Shown: piece after piece, positions 1 through 12,500 of the stretch
Layout: each line of letters starts with the position of its first letter
Numbering within the stretch: the stretch's first letter is position 1
Assembly (NCBI GenBank): GCA_000708835.1
Contig: DF237236.1
Location: 47,231-111,230 of the forward strand
From: Klebsormidium nitens
Taxonomy: Eukaryota > Plantae > Klebsormidiophyceae
DNA length: 64,000 nt
Direction of reading: 5' to 3'
Position numbers and translations under genes: made by a program
The notes under the pieces: generated by a model
Told to the model about the DNA's origin: nothing
Database searches by the model: none
What the model saw: the letters and a program-made list of their open reading frames with translations, nothing else

Positions 1-508
1 GGTCGAACTTTCTCTCAAAGTCGGAACTTTCTCTCAACCTCTTTGCGTACCCTGTTTTGCTTGTAATCAATTCTTACTTTCATTAGACCATCTAAAACAC
101 TTTTTTGTTTTAGGGAAGTTCCCAAAATCGAGGCATGCAGAGAATTGTTTTGCTAAAAATTCTCGATTTTCTTTCGATCAGCCCCCTCTTACACTTAAGA
201 ATATACTACATCTAACTCTGAGCTTGACATCAGTCCCCACTTTGGAAGTCTCTCTAAGCCGTCTGCACGGCTCGCTCTATAATTTCCACGTAGCCCCTCA
301 CTTTTACAAACCACCATCAATTGGCGAAGACGTACACCCCAATGACGATTTCGCCCTTGGGCGTCACGTTTTAAACTTTAGCCCTTTTTCTCACCGACCA
401 TTCCCTACGGCCATAACGCCGCTTTTCGAATCTCTTACAACCAATCTGGATTTGAGTGTTCTGTGTCCCCGAACAGTCAAATTCAGCCAATCTCCACCGT
501 CGATTTCT

Positions 509-3500
509 CTACGCCGTCATCGTGTACGGCTCGTCGCTCTTCTTCTTCTCCGGCAGTATCGCCTGGAGCCCCTCCTCCATTTCCGGGTCGATCTTTCCGA
601 ACAGCGCAATCGCGCGCTTCTGGATAAATTCCTGCGCGCCCTGCAGGTGCCCCGCGATATTGGACAGCGTCTGCTCCTGGTCCTCCTTCGACATCGTCTT
701 CCACAGCATCTGCGGCTGGTCCCAGTCGTTCTGCACAGGGACAAAAGTGGATGACGTCAGCATAGGGGCCTACTTCTGATCGTCCTTCGACATCGTCTTC
801 CACAGCATTTGCGGCTGGTTCCAGTAGTTCTGCACAGGGTGTTTTTGCTGACGTCAGCTTTGAGCAGAGCAAAGGGAAAACCCAATATGCGTCAATCCTC
901 GATCATCAATGACATCGTCATCCACAGCGCCTGCCAGTGCGGCTGGTCTTAGTCGTTCTGCGGGGGGACTCGCTGACGTCAGCATGTTGTAAACAAGATA
1001 ATTACGGCCAATTTTGCTGGCAGAAGACACAACCATCGCAAAACAAGGTGGACGTTTGCTGTCACTAGATCGTTGTCGATATGGAAAGATCTATCGAGGG
1101 GGTATACTTGTCCCATTCAAGATCACGCGCGCCGATGTTCCTCATATGGTTCGTGCACAAGGGTTTGTAGATGCATACTATACCGATATTGTCGGTCAAA
1201 CCACCAACCTCCATCTGCTACGATAAGCCTCGTTCGCAGGTAAGATTTCGAAATTAAAGCTTTAATAGCGCTTTCTTTCTCACCTGGTCAACCCACTTCT
1301 TGTTAGGGTACCGACCGGCCAGACCACCTTCCACCGGGAAGGGCTCGGGGTTGGCTTGTGCGGGATCGGGCCTCGGGGCGTTGGGCCAGAGCTCCCGGCT
1401 GTTGGGGTAATAGTTGGGGCCGGAACCGCCGTTATCGCCCACTTGCATGAAACCGTCGCTCTGCAACGGAGATTATTAAGTGTTAAAATTTGAGCAGATT
1501 TGAGGAACAGTTTCCTCTTCTCGGCAAGAGACCTTCATTCTGCTCGTATCAATCTACGCAGTTGGAACCAAGATTGGGTGATACTGGGGCCCGAAAAGTC
1601 GATACCACCTCTTCGCAAGAAGCCGCCGTTCAGCGAAAGGTGGACGGATGTCGTATCAGAAGTAAGTTAATCAGCGAGGTGAGCGGAACCCCTGAAAATG
1701 TCAGATTTCACGCCTCTTGCGCACGTCGCCTTTCTTGTCCAAAAATGGCAGGTCTGTTTTTGTGACCTTCAGACATTTACTTGGTGTATTCGCCGTTTCA
1801 ACCTTCTGGATCCCAAGGCGAAGTCAAAGATTGGTTTCCCTCTTCCTCTCAGGCGCACGTTGATGCTTATCCCAAGTCTGAAACTCAAGTGTTATGTCGT
1901 GACGGGATACTCGCATGATATCCCCACTCAACGAAAGCAAAGGGCTGGCCTGCAAAGTATGGAGTCCAGAAATCATCGTGTGGCATTCACCTGATACGTC
2001 TGCGCCTTCGCGAAGGGGCAACGGTTGATGGGCAGCAGCAGGTAATTTGGACCCAGCCTATGTCGGGCCGTATCGTCGTAACTAAACAGACGCGCCTGGC
2101 AAAGAACAGAAGGAGGGTAATGTCAGGACACATTATGCAGGAACGTATTCGTTTTTGAGACGAGGGACGCGAGTAAGAAATTTTTGATTTTGATGTCCAC
2201 CACCAGCCCTCACTTGCACCCGTTAAGTCGAAGCACACCTCGATCGTCAAACCCAGCGATGTCGAACAGATGAACCCAACGTTCATTGTCATGATTGCCA
2301 AACCCTATCTGCACACTGAGACGGGAAAACCTCAATGTCCGGGGGCAGATGCGGGGAGAACCATGCATATTCTGAAAAGCCAGAAGTGGCAGCCCGCAGA
2401 CCCCCTATTTTTGCATCCAACAAAGCCAAAACTTTTCAACCCTACCTGCAGCATTCGGTCGGGGGACGCCTCAATGCCCGGGGGCATGTGCGCCGGGGAG
2501 TAGGCCGCCTGCTCAATCTCGTTAAAATAGTTGGTCGGGTTACGGTCCAGCGTAAACCGACCCACTTCCCGCAACGGGAACTCCTTGTGCGGCCAGACCT
2601 TGGTCAAGTCGAAGGGATCCCACTTGAAAGTCTCCGCCTGTTCCAGACTCATTACCTGTAGAGAGAAAAGGTTTCATTATGTCCAAAGTGTTTTTGACAG
2701 CTTGAAATTGTGCGCTTGGATTCAAGCTGTTTACGAACAGAGAACGGACTAATTTTTTTTTGAATCAGTCCACGGGAGTTGAGTAGGGAAAAGAATCCCG
2801 GTTGAATCTCCAGGCCCACGACGTGCAATCGTCGGCAATCAGATTATCCAATCGAGAAACAGCGCGATCCTATTTGGAATATAGGAGAAGCGCAAGCGGA
2901 GAGCATTCCGAGGGGTCCAACCAACCCAATTTGAACCCGGTTGTTGAACCTGGCAAAGCCTTCCGAAGTTGATATCCATCTCATTGAACGGCTTTTGCCA
3001 ATGGGCGTCAGCTCTTGTATTGCTATCTTCAAGTCTTGCGTGTGCCCAACTTCCCAGTAGCATCCAACTGGAAGAGGTACCTCATCCAGACTCCTCCTTC
3101 AACTCCGAGGCTGAAGAAACCCTTGGTCAGGTAAGATTCGAACATCTCAAGTATTGCAAGCAGTGTTCTCGAAGAAGAATATCTACGCTTAACAAACGTC
3201 ATTGGCAATCGCTTCCAATAAACTTACCTGGACAAAGAAGGTCCAGGACGGGAAATCGCCAGCCTCGATGGAGTTGTACAAATCCTTCTTAGCGTAGTCG
3301 GGGTCAATTCCGGCCAGCTTGACACCCTCCTCGTGCGTCAGGTTCTTGATGCCCTGTTGGTGAAACGATGGTGTCAAAGACACCGAGAGTCAATCGTGAT
3401 ACCAACCCAAAGGAAAAACTATGATCGAACCATCGTTGGAAGGATTGCATCACGAGATTGACCCGATATCGATCTAGCAGCAAAGTCCGTTTAGCTATTC

Positions 3501-6500
3501 TTGCTAACAAGATTGTTTGCTGTGACAAGTACGTCGAAGGAGCATCTGATTGTAGATCTTTAGTGTAACGGTCGACTGAAGCAACCGCAAAGAAGGCCAG
3601 TATAACTACTCATGAACGAAAGATGGAACGCTTCGATGTGACCCTCATGACCTCAATCGGACTGACGGATGTCAATACAAGTCGCTTACCTGGTCAGTCT
3701 TGAAATGGAACTTGACCCAGTTCGCCTGACCCTCCTTGTTAACCCACTTGAACGTGTGGCTGCCGTACCCGTTCATGTGGCGGTAACCGTCAGGCACACC
3801 GCGGGGGCTGAAGAGAATGAGAACCTGCGGAATTGGCAATCTCGTTTTCATGAGAACATGGAACCGTTGGGCAGATTGTTGGGTATAATATTTAGGATGG
3901 GGTTATTCTGAGGCCCTGCAGAATGGACGAGTTTATACTTATCAGAACACGGAACCTTCGGCGAATTTCTGGCGAATTTCTGATCAGAACATTTAAATAG
4001 AGTTGTAAAAAGGACAAGTCTTTTGAGAAGAGAACCTGCAAAACGACGGACTTGTTTGCAACGAATGAAAAAGTTGGCGACCTAGCATCTCTCCCATAGG
4101 TTTGTTTGAAACGGGGGGTGTGAGCAGTTCAAGGAAATGGGTCTGCACAACGTATCCGATTCACATGTGAGAAAAGAGGCGATTCCATGATTGAGCACGG
4201 AACATGTAAATCCAAGAATGAGGTGATGGCAATGTCACGACAGAAAGCTTGGCCGCAGATGCACTCTTACCATGGTACTCGTTTGGTGCCGCTCAACTAA
4301 ACCCTTATCAAATTCATCAAAGCTTGGACAACGACGTCTTAGCTTTGACACAGCACAAAAAATCTCACCAGAGACCCAAAGCAGTGCTACCCACCTGGTG
4401 GAAGGACTCCGGTGTGAGCGTGAGAAAGTCCCAGAAGACGTCCGGGTCCTTGACGTGCTTGGACGGGTGGCGCTTCTGTGTGTGGATGAAGTCGGGAAAC
4501 TTGATGGGGTCGCGCATGAAGAAGATGGGCGTGTTGTTGCCCACCTGGAGAGAGACACGTATAAGAGTCTGAGAGGACACTATAGACCCTAGGATTGAAG
4601 ACATGCCGGATAAACGAAGCGAATTACGTAGGTCTACCGTGCCACGATAGGATGGGAAGAACAAACTGTGGTATTTGTGGTTAGAGGAAAAGATGATACG
4701 GTCGAGCATGAAGAAGATGGGCATTTGTTGCCGACCTGGAGAGGGCATTCTCAGGCCACGTGTCAAAAGCTGTTTGGATAGATTCTATGAGAACAACTCT
4801 ATGAGTTCATGTGGGGGAAAAGATGGGCGGGTTGTTGCCCCAAAGATGGGCGGGTTGTTGCCCCACCTAAGATGACGAGTCACAGATACGCATCCAAATC
4901 TGATTGCGTAGCTCTTAAAAACCGTGTTCAGGCACCAATCACAAAGCTCTCTGGAAAGAAATATCTGACACTTCTTTGTGTTGCTTATAAACACGACGTC
5001 AGGTGCTGATAGCAATATCTTGTAATTTGAAAAATGCATTAGAACCATTTTAACGCTGTTGGGCTACTAACGAGGACTTGGTACACGGGATTCTGACGAC
5101 AGCAACATGGATACTGCTGACCATTCAGGTTCAAAAAGCCTTTGGGCTACACAACACTGAGTCGAACCCGCAGTATTTTCCACCAAAGGCAACGGCCTAG
5201 AGCCACTGTCACACGCGCTCACAACCGCAAGCGGAATTTCGAAGGTTTAAAAGTCACCATATCCCAGATGCCCTCCTCAGTGTAGAACTTGACGGAGAAA
5301 CCACGTGGGTCACGCACAGTGTCCGCAGACCCGGACTCCAGCCCAACTGTGGAGAAGCGCGACAGCACGGGGATCCGCTTGCCGACCTCGCTTAAGAAAG
5401 CGGCCTTGCACAGGTCACTTACGTCCTGGAAAGAGAGGGGAAAGGTGGTCAATGATCGAATTTGCCCCTTGCCTAATCAGTTTCTGTCTGTGTCGCAGAA
5501 TATGTCCCGCTTCTCAAATTGTCTTTGGACACGGATGAGTGACGACTGATTGAGCGTTGTTGTCGACAACTGGCTTTACCAACTATTTTCTTTTGCACGT
5601 CCATGTATCCATGTCATTGAGAGCTTGTCCGAGGACAACAAACTAGATAGCCACCTCTTATGGCTCTCACTTTCATGTGTTCTTTAATGTGCTCTGTATG
5701 AACTTTCTTCAAGGTCCAAGTCTCTTATTCACAGTGGACAAATTGCTTTTATTTTTCTCAGCCAAGAGCTTGTTGATCACAAAGTCCAAGGAAAGCAGAT
5801 CAAGGACCTAGATCCACAGCTTGGAAGAACAGTACAAGCAACGATAACCGGATACAGGCAATCGCAAAACACCTAGCGTTAGGTCTCCTCGACGAAAAGC
5901 TGAGATACTCCAAAGAGAAAGGGAATCATTGAAGTAGAGACGGATGAAAGCAATACCAGAAAAGTCAAGCGCACCTGTGTGACTTCGAAGTAACCGTGGG
6001 CGCCAGATCCGTTTGCGTGGACAACGCGCTCCGGGATGCGCTCCCTATCGAAATGCGCAAGCTTGTCCAGCAAATGGAAGTCCTCCAGCAGTAGCTGACC
6101 GCGGCCCCCGATCGACACACTGCAACCAGCGAGAGAAGCAGCAATCAGTGTCTGATGACGTGCAGAACTGTTTTCTTCCATTACAACTCTTTTTCACGGA
6201 TAGCTGACTACGCCCCAGACTGCTACACTGCAAGCACTGCGAGGAGCCAACAATGAGCCAAACTGCAAAAGCGGGGGGGAGGGGGGTGTGGAAGGGAGCT
6301 GGCGACAAGCTGGGAGATCTTTCTGGCCTGAGAGGATCTGCGATGAGCTGCTCGTGATGATTCAACCGAACCTGGTTGACCATTGTGTGCTCTTTGTTCT
6401 TCTACAATCTCTGCACACCATTAAGTACAGGGTAACCTAGATTTATAAGTCAACTCTGTCCCAACTCAATCAGAACCTTAGCCAGCTCCTTCCTCGAGAC

Positions 6501-6958
6501 CTTGACTCAAAGAATGCATCAGAGTGGTCTGCCGTGGTCTATGTGACTGTGGTCAAGCTCCCTTGTTGTAAATGTGCGAGCTCCATTCGCTGGCCTTTGA
6601 CGACGATCCAAAAGCTGAGAACCCCGGCCCGTGCGGATGCCAATCTTGTTAGCACAACTCCTTTCCCTGAGAACCTTACCATCCTCATCAGCTCCCCACT
6701 CATGGGCGCATACATATAATACTGTCTAGCATCCACAATCCAGGCTTCATTGACCATCTTCTCAAGAATGACAACATCAGCGCACCTGTTGTTGTCATCA
6801 GACACGGGGTGTCCCCCTCCAGTGGTGAGCAGAGGAGTCTTCCCATCGCTGCCCACTCTCGGATTGTCCGCCGAAGCGGCCCCGTCCGACATTCCCTTCA
6901 CGTGGGCGCCATTTGGCGCCGCGCCATTGGCCGATCCGTTCGACGAGCCCACAGCCAT
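509..6958 (-). CDS. CAT: Monofunctional heme catalase, clade-3 (bacterial KatA/animal/fungal-like) type, 10 exons, ~536 aa
   Basis: Exons (minus): 6958-6786, 6119-5975, 5425-5258, 4544-4395, 3824-3690, 3353-3228, 2655-2446, 2095-1991, 1460-1284, 730-509. All introns GT-AG; total 1611 nt in frame. Motifs: distal His [65 protein letters not shown], proximal Tyr [14 protein letters not shown]. Start ATG 6958 is inferred. Confidence 0.95.
770..985 (-). repeat. Two decayed tandem copies of the catalase intron-9 acceptor plus start of exon 10
   Basis: Real junction: ctgacgtc branch point ...tgtgcag|AACGACTGGGACCAGCCGCAGATGCTGTGGAAGACGATGTCG at 730. Copies: ctgacgtc...tgtgcag|AACTACTGGAACCAGCCGCAAATGCTGTGGAAGACGATGTCG at 829 and ctgacgtc...ccgcag|AACGACTAAGACCAGCCGC at 957. 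Confidence 0.9.
4702..4871 (-). repeat. Decayed copies of the catalase intron-3 acceptor and exon-4 start
   Basis: 4702-4743 (plus tcgagcatgaagaagatgggcatttgttgccgacctggagag) matches the real junction near 4510-4553 (tcgcgcatgaagaagatgggcgtgttgttgcccacctggagag). 4820-4865 is a 23-nt unit aagatgggcgggttgttgcccca x2 derived from the same exon start. Confidence 0.85.
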
Positions 6959-9505
6959 TCTGGACACTGTCTCAGTGACCTTTCCTATGACCCGCTCCAG
7001 GATTGAAATCTGCTCGCAAGCTGTGTCTTAAGAGTTTAGAAACAAAATGCGAGTCTCCAAAGCTGGTGAACAGCTTCTTCTTCGATAGAAGGTCTCCGAA
7101 TGCAACAATGCTGCTGTGATTGAGCGGTCTCAGAGCAATGCCGAGCAAGGAACGTGCTTCAATCAATGCTCAAAGGGGCGATATGAAGTGGCGATCGAAT
7201 TGCACAGCAGCCTCAAAAGCGAAGGTGCAAAGGGGCTACCCTGTGACGAGCACGGCCCTGATCGACGTCACCTTGACAGCTCCTAGCTGATCAGTAATCA
7301 CCTCTCCCCAGTCATTCCTGCCTATGATTGTGAGCTGTCTTGCACGTTTCAGTGAACTGAGGGGCGAAGCATCCAGAATCCAGTGGCGCCACAGTTCAAG
7401 CAAGGCGGCGCGCTGCATGGCAGCCACATCGCCTCTTTCGGTCCTTCGCGTCTGACAATCCGATTGTGACCGCTCACAAAGTTGCCAGCTGGAAAAGACA
7501 AGCCGACACTTGGCAACCTGAGCGTCACGGAGCTGGCCGGTGGTGTGCAACTTGCCCGTGACCCGTGCATCCGACCACCGTCGATAAGGCGAGGTGGCTG
7601 GAATGGTCACTATACGCCGTACGATCAGACTATCGACAGTTGTGGACAGCCGCGACACATCATCATGACCACAGGTTCCGTTGATGGAATATCCTGAACG
7701 TACAACGGCCGAGCAAAATGGAGTCACCGACTCACCTGAGAGGGTTTGGCTAACCTGGCAGCAGTCTAAAATCTCACCCCCAGCCGATCTGTCAAACTCC
7801 TCCATCCACCCAGCTGCATATTCCAATCTCTGGCCGTCCCATTGCCCAATTTGACTGCCACGAATTCAAATCCCAGTTGAAGTTTCAGGATCGCATCTAT
7901 TTGCTTCAAGAGTCGCCGAACATGTTGCTTGCAATCCGCAATTCCTAATGAATCAGCTACCCGCCTATATATTGATTAGCACCGGCCCCGATTTGCAGAG
8001 CCGGGCTATTCCCGAAAAGCGTCTGATTGGACTCTATTGCTAGTTCGACTAGGTAGTTGCAGGCTCGACGTCCTAAGAATTGCCGAATAAATGCCGAGGC
8101 CGTAATTATAGCCACATGATCAGCAGCTTCAACCAAGAGCTGATGTTTGGCCGCTGATTGAAATAGACTCAGGTCTCAAGCAGACATTCAAATTTGGCAA
8201 GCGAAGACTTTCTTGCATAGACAAATCAGATTTCGAGTACATTCACAAAGTCAAATGCCTGGAAGTGGTTGACGGCAAGAACGAGCAGCCACCGCAGTAT
8301 CTGTACATCACGTCACATCCATATTCTCGCAGAAAGAACAGTGATCGATGCTGTTTATTTATCCTCATCTGGATCCGATGCATTTCACCGCAAAATCCTG
8401 CAAGTACGACACGCGTAAGGCATCCCAACGATACATTGAATTCAGACGCAGCTACCTATACGTCCTGGTACCGTCCGTCACTTTGAGCGTGGCCTTAACA
8501 CGCTTCATGACTTACGAATTTACGCCAGCTCGCCGGCTGCATTTCAGAACATTCGTAATAGCCTTATCTTCTACCGGATGCAGTGACTTTGTTTGGTGGC
8601 CTGTGGAAATTTTTGCTGCTCACAATGATTACCAGCATATAGCGTCTGTATCCCTGTCGCTCATACGCCAATGTGAAGGCTCGACGGCAAAGGATCAAAC
8701 ATCTTGCCTGCATTTTGAAAGGTTTTATCCGTTCATACATGGATATTTCGACTTTTAAGTTGGTAAGCAGCGTGTGTTCCTCGTCAAGGCTAGAATAAAC
8801 CGGTTGGGCGTTGTCAGGACAACTGTGGTTCGATGGTCGCGATTGCGAAAAAGAAGCTTAGGTTACACGGTACAGGTGAAGGATGTCCCAAAGAGTCCAT
8901 TCAACTCTCCTCCGGAAGCACTTCGCTATAAGGCAGCATAATCAGCAAAATCAGCTGTAACACATGGACCGACCCGTCGTCACGCCTTTAGGCGTGGCAG
9001 CTCGGCGAAAGTGAACATCGCTCACTGCAGAATTCAAGTTAGCGGATCGACAGACTAGATTTTTGAACAGAGTACTCCGATACTTATTGCTAACGCATGC
9101 GCAATGCCCTTGAAGGGTACTTCGTCGTTGGGAGGTGTATCCATTGCACCGCGATGAAATGGAGAGCAACTCGAAAGCCGTTCTGAACAGGCGTTTGACT
9201 CGTCTGGCCACGTTCAACACATTTCGCCGATGCCTTTGGACACGTGTCACAGACATACCGCGCAAGCGAGGTCCTGGACGTTAGCAAGATTGATAAGGTG
9301 ACGTGGCAAACTCACCCTTAGCAGAGGCTATCAGGAGAAAGGAGTGCTCTTGAAGAACGGTCAGAACCTTTCACCTTTTATTACCTTTGCGAAACTCCTT
9401 GCCCAGACATAGCTGTGTACAAGACCCGTTCTCAGCGCCCTTAGTCTCAACACGACTGTTGTATTTGAACTCTGAATACGGTTTCAACACTGGAATAATC
9501 TCTTG

Positions 9506-12500
9506 TCAAGGATCCCTTTTGGCATCTTTTGGGCTCCCCTGCTGACGCACCTCCTGTTCTAGGTTGACCCGCCCCTCCCTCAGGGGTGGCGAAGCTGCCC
9601 TGACTTCACCCCCCCTTTCCGTCGAACTCCGCCTCGGATCCACGTTCTCTCGAGACGACCGCCGATGATGCCCCGGTTGTCCGCCCAGCAGGACGTGCCC
9701 GCTCGGAGTGCGCTCCGATGACGTCATGCTCGCGTCATACGACGACCGGTAGGGATCCCCCCGGGGGAGCGTCCGCGGAGTGTGCAAGGAGCGGCTCGAG
9801 GGCGGCCGGCTATTGGCCGGGGTCGAGCTTTTCGAGCCGGGCGCATTTACAGGGGTGTGAACAGGCCCCCGAGGGGACGCTTCCCTCAATTCCGCCCGCT
9901 TTCCGCTCGGTTCCGAGGCGGAAAGCGGGTGGTCCCGCCGCGCGGACGAGACCCTGGGACGATCGGACTCTCGGCTAGGCGACCGGGAGAGGTCCTCCCG
10001 CAAGTCGCGGGAACTTCTAGGGGTTCGCTCGGGCGCCCGGCCCTGGCGGGCCCCGCTAAAGGTTACGGGCGAAAGGGAGTCGGCGACCTCTACCGAGGCC
10101 GTCATTGAGCGGCCGGTTAGCGGCCGGTCGTTCTTGTCGATCTGGGACTGTGCTCTGCTTCTGACTCCGGAGACGAACGTAGGAGAATCTGCTGACGCGG
10201 TCGGGACGTCAGCTGACGGTGTCGAGTAAGGGGCGCGGTTATTTGGTGAAGCAGCTGGGTCAAACTGACCCGAAGTGGAAGTTGGTGACGTTTCTAGACT
10301 GGACGGTTCCTGTGACGGATTTTCGTGACCCAGTTGGCGGTCACCGGTAACTAGGATTGGTTCTGGGGCCTTGCTGAGGGCCGCGTCATCTTCTCGTCCC
10401 TGGTTCTGTGCTGCCTTGTGGGCGGCTTCCGGCGGAACGGGGCCCGTTGTTTCCGCAGCGGCAGCAGCGGGGGCGGAACCCGGGAACCTGCACCGGAGTT
10501 TAATCGTCAGCGACTTCTTCGCAGATTCAATTCTTAGATGTGAGTGTACATTGATAGGAAATCGCGGGTGGCAGATCACCGTAAGAATTCATGCTTGGAA
10601 GATCAAGGCACTCACAGTAAACGTACGATACCTGAGTACCTGCGACCTCTGACTTCATCCACATTCTCTTTATCTCACGAAGATCCAATGGTTCCTTTCT
10701 TAAACCCTTGATTTGAAGTCACAAGGGAAAGTGACAACATAAGAGCGCACCGCCTTGGCAGCCGCAAGCGCGGTAAGAAGAAGAACGACGGAGAATCTTG
10801 TTTCGACACCTTCACAGAGCACCCCGCACTTCTTCCGAGTCCCGAGATTGATCCAGATCGCATTGAAGTACGTAGCCAATGAAAAGGAGACACGTGGCGT
10901 TCACCTCGGCAGCGGCCGCAGGATCGACGACTTGTCCTTGATATCCTTCGTGATCTTTGCCGCTTCCTCGGGCGTCAGCTGCGCGAGTTTCCAAGCGCTG
11001 ATCCGAACCGTCCGTTTGGCCTTTTCCGCCTTCAGCTTCTTCAACTTCAAATCGGAACCGTCCGATAGTGGAGACGGTTGAGCCTCGAGAGACGGCAACA
11101 CCCGCCCGTTGCCCTGTATCCGGACGAAAATGACATTTTTAGTTCTAAAGCCGCGCTGGAATTATAAAGGATTGTCCGGGATCTGCAATTGTTGCCCAAG
11201 GCTTTCGCAAAAGAGCTCGCTTGAAACGGTAAGAACCGATTTCTTTTCTGGTTGAGATGGGAGATTTGCAAAGGCGACCCGTCCGGTGAGGGACGGGAAT
11301 AGGCACCCATTGCCCTGTTCAGGAAGTGCTAACGTAGTCGTACTTTCTTTGCACAACCTTTCACCGTGTACCAAATGCTCCAGACTTCGGCTCATTCGAC
11401 CAAGTCGCATTTCTCTAGCGCAGCGCATAGGTCTGGAAGGCTCTAAAACGGCTTCTCAAGCATTTCTAAGATGGGACCGCGCGGGAAGAGGCAGAGAGAC
11501 TCACGACGTCCCGCGCAATCGCCGCAACGTCCGGGCAGCACCCCGCGCAAAACGCGCCGCCCTTTTCGTCGGCCTGCGCGAGCTGGCGCCGCTCCTCGCG
11601 CTCCTGCGCGGCCGCCTCCTCGCGCGCTTTGACGTCGCGCATTACGAGGACGTAATCGTACGTCGTCAGCTGCTTCCGCCAGAGCAACACGTGGAAGAAG
11701 AAGAGCTCGCCAAGTGGCAGCGAAGCCGCGGCCGCGAGCGCGCAGAAGAATATCTGCAGGTAGAGGATGGCAATTTTTTGAGGTCGAAGCTTGAGGGGCG
11801 ATGAGACTTGCGAGGCAAGCTGTTTCAAGAACAAACAGATTGATTGTTCAACGCGCAATCTACTTTCTGTGGTCACCTCATTCATATATCGACAATGCAA
11901 ATTGCGGTTGCACAATGTCTTCCGACGCTTTAGAAGTGCTTGGTCTCCCTTCGTCCAAACAGGACAAGAAAAGACACTCAAGAATCAGAAACTTTATAAT
12001 GTATTCAAGGCAGAAGAGCGTCACTCGGCTGCCCACACGCAAAGACTTCAACTGTCTAATCTGTACTTTAGCTACTGTATCTTGGATTGCAGCCCTTCCT
12101 GGACATGCTAACCAAATCGTATTACATTTGGTAACGTATTTAATTGCGAGTCCTTTGTACTTCCCTTCTTCTCATCTCCTTCTATTTCATTCCTCCGCCC
12201 TTCCTAGTCTCTTTCTCCCTACTCTTCGAAGCGAATGCAGACTCTCAATTTTGTCTCGAGAGCTGTGGCTGCAAGACTTAAACACTTATTTCCAATTTGA
12301 TTCTCACCAGCGCCGTTTCTAAACCCGCTCGGTTAACGCTCGCGCCGTAAACCTCGTGAAGACGCGTGGCGTGCGCCCATTCGCCCTGGAAGCATCGGAC
12401 GGCTGTGGCGGCTCCCAGGGCGATTTGCAACAGTAGCAGCGCGAGCGTGCACGTTAGGAGGACGAAGAAGGGGCGGTAGTTGACCTTTCCAACACAGTTG

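Noticed and set aside
224-872. Overlapping ORFs 224-754, 456-779 and 483-872
   Set aside because: Antisense or alternative-frame shadows of GC-rich catalase exon 10 and its duplicated copies.
7236-7826. 196-aa minus-strand ORF upstream of catalase
   Set aside because: Non-ATG start, no recognisable motif or coding bias; probably promoter or UTR sequence.
11286-11804. 172-aa plus-strand ORF, and similar ORFs antisense to PAT, SET and FPS exons
   Set aside because: Explained as reverse-complement open frames of GC-rich exons; no independent motifs.
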